Positions 11,799 to 24,942 of a stretch of 64,000 nt of DNA are shown here, one piece after another. The position numbers and the translations under genes are program-made. The stretch spans positions 8,284,812 to 8,348,811 of the forward strand of contig NC_134036.1 of assembly GCF_964204645.1 (NCBI RefSeq). The letters are read 5' to 3'. This DNA comes from Tubulanus polymorphus (taxonomy: Eukaryota; Animalia; Nemertea). Numbering within the stretch: the first letter of the stretch is position 1; each line of letters opens with the position of its first letter. The notes beneath the pieces are model-generated. The model was not told the origin of the DNA, made no database searches, and was given only the letters and a program-made list of their open reading frames with translations.

Positions 11799-13004
11799 AA
11801 CCCGGTCCGCCCGACGCCGTGAACGCGTCCGACATAACCGAATCCGGCGCCGAGTTGACGTGGAAGCCGCCGAAAACTCCGAACGGAAAAATATTCGGAT
11901 ATAAGGTATGGACGAACATGTTGGCCACTTACTTACCTGGAAATCAGGGAAAGTCAGGGAATTTTGTTGTCTTCAAAAAGTCAGAGAATTTTGCAAAAAC
12001 AGAGCTAAGGATCAGGGAATTTTCTTTAGAAAAAGTCAGGGAAGTCTGTGGCTGCAAGACATATATAGGGCTCACGGTCAGCAGTACACCGTTACTATTC
12101 GCATTTTGTGTATATGAGCTGCGGTGCGGGAAGCGAAACCCTATCGTAGGCGTCGTTGAGATTCCGAGAAATATTCGCGATAGAATAAAATGATTTTGTA
12201 GTTATTGTTAATCCACCTAACGTGATCACCGTGTACTTGAAATATCCTTCGTCCTTGTAAGTGCTGTAACGATAATACATTCATTCATTTATTTGTTCAT
12301 TTATTTATTTATTTATTTCCTGAATAATTTGCATCAATGAATACCAGATTCACCTGATGAAGATGACAATAGATAATTGTTTTGTTTTGCAAATACATCA
12401 TATAAATGTAAACAGCAGGGAAACCAGAGAAAAGCAGAGCTTGTAATATCAGGCGCCCTAAAGGAAGACATAATTCCACGTTGGAATAAAGGAATAACGG
12501 AGTAATAAGTGGAAATAAAGGAGTCTTAATAGATAGGTTTCCTTGATGAGTTGATGATCTATTTCAACGTATCGACTATATCCTTATGGTCATCGTCAAG
12601 TATACTGAAGATCCTGTTAAATCCGGTTGTTGACTTTCATAAGAATATAGTCGAAACGTTGTATGAATAAAGATAGATTATTAGCCCAAGGAAACGTCTC
12701 GATACCTGCTTTCTTTCTCGTCATCTTAGCCGTTGTTCTCTTTTCTTTTAATTTCATTTTCCCCGTAACATCCTATGTCGATATATGGACGGTGAAAAAT
12801 AAAAACAGTTGGCGTGTAAACCCGTGCAAACTTTACCGGGCAAAGCGTTAGCACAGGCAGTTGGAACGCCGATCGAATTCGAACTAAAGGAAACGCGGAA
12901 AGCATTGACTGAACTCGAGTCTTTTACGCAGTACGTCTGTAACGTGACTGCTAAAACCGGCAAGGGGTATGGTCATTCGGCGCAATGGAAATTCTGGACA
13001 TCAG
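11799..13004 (+). CDS. Two intact exons (11799-11905, 12809-13004) of one FN3 domain
   Basis: PGPPDAVNASDITESGAELTWKPPKTPNGKIFGYK|LAC...LTELESFTQYVCNVTAKTGKGYG. Confidence 0.85.
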
Positions 13005-13319
13005 GTAGGCGTGATTGTCCTGGTTTTGTATCTTGCAATGCGGACTGTCCCTCTTATAAATTTGATCATTTGACTTTGATTCGATTCGGTGTCCCTTACA
13101 AACCCTCTATTGTACGCCAGCCTAGAGCGAAACTAAGGACCCTTCAGGGCGGATCCCTTGAAACGAATTTTGAGGGGAAGGGGGTAAGCGGTGGGAATTA
13201 GTTGCAGATCCTCTTCTGTAAAAGAGAAAGAAAGAAAACGAAAAACGATTTTAAATGTTTACAGGAGGTTTATACAATTCTGTTATTCTTTGATCGTTGA
13301 TCGTGCGATATCTATGTAG

Positions 13320-15432
13320 GTCAACTCGACATTTCACCGCCCGAGGTAGTAAGAGTCACAAATTCGACCATCGACATCAAACTGACGCCCGTGACCAAAG
13401 GCAATGTCAGGTAACGACAACCATTTTCATGAAATACTCTTGAGCCCGCGTTGTAGAGATGGTAGAAAAAAATTAAAACGAAAAGTCCGAAATTTTTTTC
13501 AAGCTTTCAGCTTATCTAAACTTTTCTTCTCTTCTTTTCTCCTTCTCTAACAATCATGTATTTTTCTGAAGATGACTAAGTGTCTAGTCAGAGCGAGTAG
13601 ATGTTAATGAGGGTCTTACTGTTGATTACTGATGAATTTGAAAAGAAATATGAAAGATGTTACTGAGGGTCTTACTGTTGATTACTGATTAATTTGAACA
13701 GAAATATGAAAGATGTTACTGAGGGTCTTACTGTTGATTACTGATTAATTTGAACGGAAATATGAAAGATGTTACTGAGGGTCTTACTGTTGATTACTGA
13801 TTAATTTGAACAGAAATATGGAAATTGTTACTGAGGGTCTCACTGGTGATAAGTGATTAATTTGAACAAAATTATGAAAGATGTTACTGATGGTCTTAAT
13901 GTTGATTACTGATTAATTTGAACAGAAATATGAAAGATGTTACTGAGGGTCTTACTGTTGATTACTGATTAATTTGAACGGAAATATGAACGATGTTACT
14001 GAGGGTCTTACTGTTGATTACTGATTAATTTTGAACAGAAATATGAAAGATGTAACTGATGACCTTACTGTTGATTACTGATTAATTTGAACAGAAATAT
14101 GAAAGATATCAAAGATGTTACTGAGGGTCTTACTGTTGAATTCTTGAATCGATTTCAGCGAGTACCACTTCGTCGTCGAGAAACAAGACGTCGCAATCAA
14201 CGATCGCAAGAAGCGCGCTGCGGTGACCCACGGCGAACGTCGATACGAGAACTACGAGGAAGCGCGCCGACTCGGACTGATGGCGTTCCTGGCGGCGGTC
14301 GTCGTCGATTCGTCGATTACCGCGTTTACGATCGGCGACGGTAAAAACTACAGCGGATTCTACAACGCGCCGCTACAAAAAGAGACGCCGTACGTCGTCA
14401 TACTGGGCGTCGAAACTACCGTCGACGGGGTACGTATAGATTCGTATCCCTAAAGAGTGCATTCAGTCGCAAATCAGCCGCAACGATTATGACAGCTAAT
14501 TTAAATAGATGGCGCATGGGTGTAGACTGCCGATGTCGAACAAGCTTTAATCGAGATCTTATACCTCTTAGGGGTAGGGCCCCTCCCAAGATGGTCTTAG
14601 TAGGGCGCAAACACAGGCTTAGCTCAGTATGTAAAGAAATCTGCAACAGTGCAGTATAACAAGTTTTCAATGAATTCAACTGCATTGTTGTGTTTATTAA
14701 GCAGTAAGATAAGTAATGAGAATACATTTGTAAGGCCCTGGACTCAAGGGGCATCGGTATATTGTAGCTTTATAGGGCTCATATCCATATGCTTTCACAC
14801 TAATCCTAGACAAACAATGAAATGAGTCCAGTGTGGAAAGTTTCCTCGAGTTTATAGTTCATTCAAAATTTCGATCATCTTCGGTGTCTCCAGTATTATC
14901 TATACAATATTCTTGAAGAAGACCATTAGGATATAGTCAAAACGTTGAATTCGCTTAGCCCATGGTATAGCTCAAGACTTTTGGGACTCGTAGTGGATCC
15001 AGGGGCCAATTTTGAAGGTCTTGCCACACCCCAAAAGTCACTTTGATTTCCAAAATGTATTACCGCACTGGAACGTACCATCTATCTTTGTCACAAAATG
15101 AAAACGGGTACAAAACCATAATTTGATGGACTTGTACAAGTCTCATAAGTCTCCCTGGATCCATCACTGTCCGACTCGATTTTCTATATATGTATATAGA
15201 AAACCGAGAATAAAAAATCTGACAAAATGAAATCCCTATCCTACGAATTAGAAAATCGAGTCAGCGATTATTTTCTCGTGATTTTGCAGAATGTCGACGT
15301 GACGTACACGCGCATGCAAGGCGATCCGATCTACCCTCGCGATGATCAGAGCTCGGTCGTGTTGTTGGTAGTAGTGGCGGCGGCGGTGTTACTCGTCGTG
15401 TTGTGCGCCGTCGCTGTGTTCTTGTTCGTGAG
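13320..15432 (+). CDS. Membrane-proximal FN3-like domain exons (13320-13410, 14159-14429) and transmembrane exon (15290-15432)
   Basis: RKKR cleavage motif, FTIGDGKNYSGFYNAPL, TM VVLLVVVAAAVLLVVLCAVAVFLFV; phases 1/2/0/2 are consistent. Confidence 0.85.
13600..14140 (+). repeat. 56-bp minisatellite, about 9.5 copies
   Basis: GAAATATGAAAGATGTTACTGAGGGTCTTACTGTTGATTACTGATTAATTTGAACA repeated. Confidence 0.95.
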
Positions 15433-15539
15433 GTAACGTATACGATATTACGCCCTGTCCCGCTACCAGAAACCTAGAATTGGCGCCGGCGAACGATCGC
15501 GATTTAGGTTATTTCCGAGCTACGGCGATTTTCGATCGT

Positions 15540-15955
15540 CCAGGCTTCAGCGTTTCACCTGAGGAGTCTTTGATTAAGAATGATTTCAAAAATCAACCAT
15601 TCATTAGACTTTTTTTTAGCTCACTTTCGAAAACTGATCATCCACACTTCACATATGTTCAGTACTTCACCTGAGACATTTTCAATTGAAACAGCAGACA
15701 TTAGACACTTTACTTTCACTGATAGTCCGCAATTCACGCTGTGTTCAGTACGTCACCTAAGACTTTTGATTGGAAATGAAATACAAACACCAGATATTAG
15801 ACTTTTTATCCGCTCACTTTCAAAAACTTATCGTCCACATTTCACATCTTTCGGCTCACCTTCAAAAGATTTGTCGTCCACACTTCACATATTGTGTTCA
15901 GTACTTCACCTGAGACATTTTCTCAGTGCAATTTCCAAAACTTGACCATCCACCC
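15540..15955 (+). repeat. Degenerate tandem repeat, same family as 3165-3520
   Basis: Shared GTCCACACTTCAC and TTCAGTACTTCACCTGAGACATTTTC motifs. Confidence 0.7.
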
Positions 15956-16019
15956 GTCAGACTACAATCTGTATTGTAAACGGAAAAGTCTGCATCGATT
16001 ACATTTATACCGCCTTCAA

Positions 16020-17736
16020 TGACCCCTCTGGTATAAGCGATGAACCACAACCTGAATTTAATGAAACTAATATTGATAATGATGATGGAGCAGCATATAA
16101 TACTAATTTAGGTGAATATGATTCTAGTGGGCCTATATTATATGATTATGATGAATTTAAAGATGATACTGAAACGCGCAAAAAATTTGAAGAATATATC
16201 ACAGCTCACGAAAGGGGAGTTATTAAAACCCATAACATTTAGAAAAGATTTAATTGATAGATTAGAAAAAACAGAAAACCCTGAATTGAAAGAAGATTTA
16301 TATTTAAAAGTAGAATAATAGATACAATTGTTAACGAATTATTACCAAAAGATGTAAAAGATAAAGTTGATTCAGAAGAAATTGTAATGCAAATTTTAAA
16401 AGATGATCCACATTTCATGAATTATTTAGAATTTAAAAATGATGCATGGTTTTATAATGTTGAATTAGATAACAAAACTGCATCAATACAATTATCTAGA
16501 ACGGGTCAAGATAATATTTTTGAACCTGGAATGCGAGCAAGATCTACAATTGAACCTTTAAAAATGTGGTTTAGAATTTCTCAGAATTATATGGAATGCA
16601 CTCGATAGAATAAATGAAGAAGAACCAATTCCGAATATTGAATATTAACGAGTATTATTCGGAATATTAACAATTATTCACCATTTAAAAATCCAAATCA
16701 AAAGCCTACTTTTGTTGACCCAGAATGACCCCAAAATGATGAAGATTTTGCAGATCGATTAGATAAATTAAGAACTTCAACACCAGAAACATCGAGAAGA
16801 GATATTCAACAAATTGATAATTATTCAAGTCAATTGCAATTAGTATTAGAAAAACAAATTGATAGATTAAGTGATACAGAAGAACTGATGAATAGTATGT
16901 CAGATACATCCGGTACTGAAACCGGAATAAATCGAATACAATCTTTACTAGAAAAAGGATTACTTGATGTAAATGAAGAACAATTGAACACATCTCCTGA
17001 ACAAGCACGTAGAGAAATTAAAGGTATGCAGGAATCAGCTGATAAAATTGCGCATGATAAAAGTATAAGAGATTTAAAAATTAGAACTTTAGAAAAAGAT
17101 GGAACTGATAAAATTAAAGAAATAGAACAATTAGAGTCTGATTTAGAACGACAAGTAATTGATGAAATAGAATATAGGCAAAAAGAATTACGTTTAGAAA
17201 AAGAAATAGATGATTTAAAATATAAAAAAGAATTACAGGAAAAAGAAAGAGACATATTATTAAAATCATATGATTATAATATTAATAAATTAAAAGTTAT
17301 TTTTAAAAATTTGTTGATAAAACCAAATTCTGAAATATCATTAAAAGATAGAATAAAATTATTGTTTAAGTTAGAAGGAATAACAATTATTTTAATTCTA
17401 ACAGCTGTAACTATGTTATTTACAACAATTGGTTTAGCTATATCAAATTCACTGAAATCTACACCTACTCCCAATAAACCGGATAAACCACCAAATGATA
17501 ATGATTCTATACAAGATAAAGTTAAGGATGGTTTAAAAAAAGTAGCAAAATATCTATGGGAACAATCTAAAAAATCTGCTGCAGCTTTACCCGGAGTTAT
17601 TGCGTCAATTGTTGGTTTTATATTGAAATCTGCAGGAAACATAATTAACTTTGCTGCTGAACATATTATTTTTTTTTTAATTACAGTTGTAAGTTCAATT
17701 ATTTTTGGGTTAGTGAATATGATAAAAAATAGATAA
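16020..17736 (+). pseudogene. Polinton-associated coiled-coil protein with C-terminal hydrophobic segments; 5' part disrupted, last 300 codons open
   Basis: ORF pieces at 16112, 16387 and 16834 form one broken frame; C-terminus LKDRIKLLFKLEGITIILILTAVTM...AAALPGVIASIVGFIL..AEHI resembles a hypothetical protein I recall next to the capsid gene in invertebrate Polintons. Confidence 0.65.
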
Positions 17737-17755
17737 TTAATTTTTTGTTAAATAA

Positions 17756-18136
17756 ATGAGTGAGAGTTATATAAAACCATCTAAGAATTCAAGAATATCT
17801 AATGCTATTAAAGCGGAAAGATCTCATCATATAATTACTCATAATCCTTCTAATATTAACCCTGATGAAACTTTGTATGTTAGAATCCCGAGATTAACAC
17901 AAAATACTTTTTATGTTCCAAATAGTATTTATTTATTAGCCGATATAAATGTAACTGGTAATAATAATAATTATGTTGTTGATAATGTTGGAAGATATTT
18001 GATTAAAAAATTAACTTTAAAGATTGGACAGTTTTCTCATTAGATGATTATAATTTATTTACGCATTATGAAGATTTATGGTTAACAAAAGAAAATAGAA
18101 ATAATATGATATTTCAAGGCATGCAATCAGAAAATA
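17756..18136 (+). pseudogene. Major capsid protein (double jelly-roll type), N-terminal part
   Basis: HIITHNPSNINPDETLYVRIPRL..NVGRYLIKKLTLKIG, frameshift, then FSLDDYNLFTHYEDLWLTKENRNNMIFQGMQSEN; ends at a repeat start at 18137. Confidence 0.7.
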
Positions 18137-18175
18137 AAATATAGCTGCAAAGCAGCGATAACGGGTTTTCTGAGC
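18137..18175 (+). mobile_element. 5' end of an interspersed repeat (same start at 24331), probably Helentron-associated; full extent undetermined
   Basis: AAATATAGCTGCAAAGCAGCGATrACGGGTTTTCTG at both 18137 and 24331. Confidence 0.55.
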
Positions 18176-21100
18176 AGGCGTGCTATTCATAGTTTGAAAA
18201 GTGGATAATAGAAATATATCAATACGGGATACGCTTTTGACGTGTCAAGTCACACCAATGTGGTTTAACATAACATAATCTATAGTTATAGTCAAATTGG
18301 GGGTTACTCGAGTCGTTTAGTTGTCTACGGAGTCGAGTAGATTGGTTACCCGTCTGTAACATTGGTTACGGAAACGACTCGTCAGCTTGATGAGTTGTAT
18401 GTATTATGATTGTGCGCCACCTGCATCTTCCGAAATAATGTTCATATAATTATTTGAAGGGAGGATTGAAATCAATTATCAACGTACATCTGAATATGTT
18501 ATAGTCCTTAGTAACTTTCTGTTGCAGAGGGCACAGAAAAGATTTTGAAATTATTTCATTAAAACATAAATTTTATTTACGAAAAATAAACTATTATGGT
18601 CAGTACAAATTGAAAATTCATAGTGTATTTTTAAGTACAAGCTTACATAGCTTACAGAATATATCACGTACATTTGAATTTTATAAGTGATGGGTAAAAA
18701 TCATCGTGTGACAGAAAAAAATGTAGTTAATTATTTAACAATATCGAAATATGTGCTCTCTTTTTAAACTAATTGAGTGATACGCAATTAATCACATGGC
18801 CTGTATTAAAAGATAGAACATACAAGTTGGATATTTATAAGTCGAAACATGTGAACAGAAACTAAAACTTTGATGTCAGTGACCAGTATCGAATTACACA
18901 ACGACAATTGGCTTTAAACTCAACAAAAATTTTTAAAGAATGTTTCAAACAAAATGCTTTATATAACGACATGAATAAACTTGTTTTACAAAACAAGAAA
19001 GTACATTTTGAACTTTTGAATAGTCGAATCCCATTTATTCACAGTAACCTGTGATGTGGCGATCCTCGGAGCCATCATTCTTGATGACGTCACTAACAAG
19101 TGGTCATGGCCGTCGCGTGCACTCATTTCTTTGAAAATCTAGCTTCCTCGCGGAGCGGGACCTGGTGACGCTGCGCCCCGCCCCCTTCGCGCTGAGAAAT
19201 ATCGGCACCCGGAACGGCACCCGGACTAATGTCACGTTTTAAGAAATATTCCCAGTCAGCAAAGACAGGTTCTAAAGATCATAGAGTGCATCGCTGGAGG
19301 GTTTCCGATCCAATTTGAATTGGTGCGGTGGCGCTCTCAATGCGGAAGTTTTTGTGAATTTTTCAGTCGGCGACGGACGTTTATCGTTGTAAGTGATGTA
19401 ATATGTAAAAAAATGCAGTGAAACCTATCTCAATTTGTTTTTAGCGATGCAGCGGAACTAATAAGGAACATTTTGATATATAACATGACTTAGTACACTA
19501 TCCCTGATGGAATAATAAGCTCCACTCGACAAACTCGTTCCCGTGCATTTTTATCTGTTTCAGCACACACACAGCCCCTCTACCATAAATGCCTAACCCC
19601 TGTTCCAACTGTGGGCGTTTTCCTTTGAAACATAAGCCTAATTGTAAAAGATAAGCATTAATCTATGTTAATGCTGCATCTTTATCATGAAACCTAAGAA
19701 AGATTATTCTATTATTTAGGCCTATTCAAATTTTCTGTCCACTACCACGTGGAAATAAGACCCAGTCAAAATTGTGCATCACGCTTTGACGAAGAAATTG
19801 GTTCTAGGCTATAAATTTTACGACTCAAACGAATCTTTTCCTCAACAAAGCCGCTTTTAGTTTGATGCAAAATGAAATTTGCTTTTAAAATGTGTAACTA
19901 GGCCTAATCAAAAGGATATTTCAAAAGCAAACTTTGCCGGGCCAAGAGCCATATTGAATTCAATTTTTTCCGAACCATTATGCCTCTTTCATCATAACAT
20001 TATTTATCCTATTTCAAGATCTTAGGCCTACAAGTAGAGAGAGGGCCTAGGTTGGGTTCAAATCGGAATTTTAAGATTTATTTCATTTAATTCCAGGTTT
20101 TCACTGTAGATTATCAAAGACATGTGGCGTTGTGGGAGTTCATAGTTGTTTGATAATCCATCATTTGTAAGTGTAAGGCTATTTGAGGGATTCGAAACCG
20201 ACATTTTGTAAATTTTGTAGCTTTATTACGTTTAATTCCAGATGTTAATCATGGCACGTTTCATTTTGGGGGTTTGTCAGCGAGTTGGTATGCTGTCGGC
20301 AGAAGTAGTTTGATAATTCGTTTTATGTAAGTAAACAGCTATTTGAAGGATTCGAAACCGAAATCTGTATTGTGAATTGTTTAGTTGTATTTTGTTTGAT
20401 TCTAGGTGAATAAGACATGATTCATTTTGGGAGTTTGTCCGCGAGTTTGTATACTGTCAAATGAAGTTTCTTCGTCAATTTGTCGTATGTAAGTATCAAT
20501 CTATAGGTTATATAGGCCCTATTAGGGGTTCGATACAGAAATTTGGTGAATTCCTCAGATTTATTTTAATTCATTCCAGGTTGTTATCAGAAAAATATGT
20601 ACTTTATTTCATAGGTCGGTCTTTGATTGAAAACTATAAATGAATGATAGTTCTAAATTTGATGTTGATTCACATGACCAATTTATTAAGTATGGCTCAC
20701 TCGTCTTTTAGAATAAGAGACCTATTGCATTAATCCTTCAATCCAAGTTGCTATACAACCTTTTATACAGATATTTACCTTATCAATATAAACATGTATT
20801 TGCCATTAGCCATACAATTCAGTAAAACTTTTCCCGTCCAGATTTTGAAACATCATTTGACTCAATTTTTCCTCCTAGAAAATTGCTTTAGCTCATTCCA
20901 ATGTTCCCAGTAAAAGTGAATGTAGCATGTATGATTCCCATCCATCAATTTTGTCTTGTTTCGTATTTTTAGCGAAAATCTCGAAAAAGTCTGACGTCGA
21001 GGCAGGTGGTGGCCAGACAAAGACATATTCTTGGGAAATATTTAAAGACGCATGGCAAACACACTTATTGTTCACTTTTTTCCTATCCTTATTTTGAAAT

Positions 21101-21840
21101 TGAAGTATTGTAATAAACTATTGATTTATTTTTGTTGATCAACGCAACTAGTTTTGTTGTTTTCTTTCTTAATTTACATTTGAATTGGATGGTCATCTTG
21201 CGTAGGAGTCAGTTTGTCAGCGAAGCAATACAGTCTAACTTGTTGACGTCTCAGATGCAGCGGGGCAGGGCGGTCATTATATTGTGGACTTATCCAAATT
21301 ACACTTACACAGCCCAACGTGTTTCAGTGTGTAAACTCCGTCGTACTCGGCATTATAAGACAGTGAGGAATTGAGTTTTAGTCACCTGAGTCCTCGGCTT
21401 GATTCGACCAAAAAGACCTTAACTGACTTCACAGATTTTGATTATGAGTCAAGGATTTTCTAAATTTCTGAATGCTTTCTCTGGTTTTAAGATCAATTCA
21501 AATTCAATTTTCAAAATATTTTATTGAAAGAAATTCTATTGAAGACAGATTTTGAAATGAAGGATATATCCAGGCAAATAATTATAGCAAAAACAACTGA
21601 TGATCATCAAGGTGAAGTTTTCATTCATCTTCGGCTAATTTGTCTACCCCTGATGATTGAAGCATTTTGGTTACTCGCGCCAATTAGTCAGCCACAGACG
21701 ATTTTCATGCCATCTGACCTCTTTCCATCTGTAATTAAGCAATCAAGTGTAAGAATTACTTAGGTAAAGAGCGAAATAATATATAGATATCTTAGGAGAC
21801 TATTTGAAATCATGAGTTTGTTGTGAAAATCTATTACTAC

Positions 21841-24034
21841 TGTGGCGAAAATTGTCTATATCTGGGGTGGGTTTGACCACAAAATGTCAGTCTTTTGTGA
21901 AATTATATTATGTATTTAGGAATGGCCTTAAGCCGTTCTTTTCTCATTGTTTCTTTTTAGATGTACGTATTCCGGGACGGGGCTGAGTGTTCTGCGGCGA
22001 TGTTTCGGGATCTTTTCGGCTCAATTTCAATCTGACAGATTTTTGGCAGTTCTGTCAGATTCCAATTTTACGACCTGGGCAGGCCCCCGCGGTGTTGGCC
22101 ACGCCACATCGCGGTGATATTAGCGATTTTTCGGCGCCTGTCCAGGCCATTCTTTTATTCTCCACCTACCTATTAGTGTGTGTTCACCTTTTTATATTTG
22201 AGACCCAACTTCTTTGATTTTGGGCCGTTTTGGTTCCGTCTCGTCGCCGAAGAATTCTCCAGCCCTGCTCGTGTTTACGCTCGTTTTTACGACGCCGCTC
22301 GCTGGCGCCGCCTCACTTCCGTGTGAGCGTTTTCGCGGTGGTGCGGTTTACTCCGGTTTATTTTTAGTAAATATCTCCGTATCGGTCTTATAGACGTCAT
22401 TTTTCGCTTTAATCTTAAAATATTATAGAACTTAATTCTATTTCTCGCGTATGAAGTCTTTATTTAGGGTTTTATCATTCGTCTCGGTTGAATCATTTCG
22501 CGTGCTCTACTTTGTCCGCGGAGCGTATCACTGCTCGTCACGCTTGACCAATCACCGCGTGCGTTGACCGCATGAAAACTATAAATTTAGCGCAATCGCG
22601 CTCATTGGCAACTTGGCTCTGGCAGAGCCACATTAGAAACTCTTTCTTGCTGCCTCTTCACCGTTTTACGAATCGGACGCTGTAAATCGTACAGATCATG
22701 TAAGAAGACAATTTTACTTTCTATTTAAGACACGGGCCTCCGGGTCGTCTGACCCCGGGATCGCTGCAGTGGTTTTTGACATCCCGCCCTCAGTGAGTCC
22801 CGGGTGCCGACGCACCCCCGGGGGCCGCGTATTCGTCGGCCATGGGCTGCCGATAAACTCGTCACTTACAATCCTGTAAATATTGTAAATTCTCCGTCAA
22901 TTCATCGTCTGTTTAAATTCAATCCTTTGACGATGCCAACTTAACGCTCTCGTCGCTGTAATTAGTAATAGTAATAGTAATAATAATAGTATGGTATATC
23001 TTCTGTGCTATTTCCGTAATTTTACTCCGAGATGTCGTTTCTACTGACCATGAAAATCGCCTGTATTCAGTAACTCCTTTTTCGAACGAACACGCGGTCG
23101 TTTCATCTTCTTGACGTCGCCTCTGAATTTCGACTCTTTGAGTTCGCGTCACCGACATTTTGAATTTGGCGCGCAGTCGTTGATTAACGACCACGCTCGT
23201 CGTTCACTATTTGACGCTCCGTCGTATAATTCTTATCGTTGATTAACGACACGCTCGTCGTTAACTATTTGTCGCTCCGTCGTTAACATCTTAATCGTTG
23301 ATTAGCTTCAACGCTCGTTTACTGAGACCTAAGTTATATTAGGTACACGCCACCGCTTCTATTTGACGTTCGGTCGTCTCCTTTGTATGCTACCGTACAT
23401 TGACTGTACCAAGGCTTTGCAAGCCATGAAGGGCACATTCTTTTTATATATCGAAATGTAAATAATCGAGGTGTTTTGCGTGTGGACATGATGTCCCCTT
23501 GGCATCAAGAACGATGAACTTTGTATTATAAGAAAATATATATATTTAATAATTCGTACCATAATTCGTAATTTCCTGCTGCATCGAACCCAGTTAGTTC
23601 TACGTGAGGATCGTTCCCCTATTGACCGTCGCTACGGACAACACTTATGCATACGACTAGTTTGACAGATCTGGCATGAGTCGCAATTAGCTCCTGAGAT
23701 GACGGGGGACAGCTATGTGCGAGAGGGCACTTGGAATGGGGGTAGCCATATCCGCCGAGTAATCAACACTGCGAGTTTCGTCCGAGGAAAGCCCCTAAAG
23801 CGGATTACTCTGAGGAGAGCGGGTTGGGGGGTCTGTATTGGTCACACAGATTAAGGCTACGTGGAGTAGGGAGGCGACTGTTTGGAGGAGAGCGTACTGC
23901 TTAAGCGCCCTTTTTAGCGACATTTTTCAATAGAGGAACAGATTCTACATATTTTATACCATTTACTTTCCTGGGGAAGACAATAGTCTCCCTGCCGTAT
24001 TCACTACCCGAGTGCGGTCGACCCATGCGGACCC
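21841..24034 (+). mobile_element. Second, 3'-truncated copy of the LTR-like element
   Basis: Same TGTGGCGAAAATTG start; collinear with 8805-11665; only 2 copies of the 59-bp unit; lacks the last ~110 bp. Confidence 0.9.
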
Positions 24035-24272
24035 TAAAAACAATCCTCGGAAATGAATATTCACCACCTGTCTCCAGCGTCCTTAGGGAACTCGTTGAAA
24101 ACTGAACTGTCATCGATATTTCATCGAATTTAGAATCGTAGATTTTCTTTGTAAAATACGCTTTCGCAATTCTTGGCGAATAATTTGAATAATCGAAAGA
24201 CCATATTGTTTTAAAGTCGATTGAAAATTGAGTAGAGAATCAGGGATACATTTATATATCATTATAATCAGT

Positions 24273-24311
<39 letters not shown>

Positions 24312-24942
24312 CAGTTATAATAATAATGATAAATATAGCTGCAAAGCAGCGATGACGGGTTTTCTGTAAAGCCATTCAGAATGATGGGAATTGTAGTAAA
24401 TTGAAATATCGATACATAGAATAAAATGCATTGACAGATTCGAACCTAATATGCAACCACTGTGTAAACGTCAAATATGATTCAGCTTTGAAACCGAACA
24501 TACGTGGACGTACAATCACAAATATTAATATATTTGACCAGGCACTTATTTTGGCATTCAAACATCATGATACTGTATTATCACCATCCTTAAAAATGGA
24601 TCTGCCCTATTAAGAACTCATCTTAAGCACCTGCTGAGCCGATAGATTGAGTGAATTCACAGATAAGAACGTATTATGATTTAGAATAGATTAGATTTAA
24701 GAAGTTAATGTTTTTATTGAAATATTTGAATAAATACATATATCGTAGTGTAGATTCAATCAATAAATTATGAATTGATTTGGTCTGGGTTTCCGGCTGA
24801 TGTTGATTTTGGCTTTTATGGATTACAAATTCTACAGTGATAAACAATTGATACCTGCAACATGTGTGTAAATCAAACCTATTCCACTAGTTGCGTGTGT
24901 TTCCTAATAAACGGGAGAGTCACTCTTGATCTGAGTTATTAG

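Larger units (their letters stand above)
1703..15432 (+). pseudogene. FN3-repeat single-pass receptor gene (receptor protein-tyrosine-phosphatase-type ectodomain), disrupted; exons 1703-1803, 2798-3032, 3676-3994, 4837-5132, 6693-6916, 7741-7810, 11799-11905, 12809-13004, 13320-13410, 14159-14429, 15290-15432
   Basis: AG/GT-bounded, phase-compatible exons encode FN3 motifs (LTPYTRY, LNPFSEY, LTPYTEY, LESFTQY), an RKKR furin site, the RPTP juxtamembrane motif FTIGDGKNYSGFYNAPL and a TM helix. Lesions: TAG 1726-1728; TAA plus frameshift 3954-3966; 1-nt deletion near 4842; TAG 6752-6754; TGA 6908-6910. No PTP-domain exon found downstream; the 5' end lies outside the window or is lost. Confidence 0.85.
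16020..18136 (+). mobile_element. Polinton/Maverick-like endogenous virus fragment A
   Basis: Abrupt shift to very AT-rich, intronless, tightly packed ORFs: a coiled-coil/TM gene followed 20 bp later by a capsid-like gene. Confidence 0.75.

Noticed and set aside
16706-17642. Minus-strand ORFs of 100-141 aa
   Set aside because: Antisense shadows of the AT-rich coiled-coil gene.
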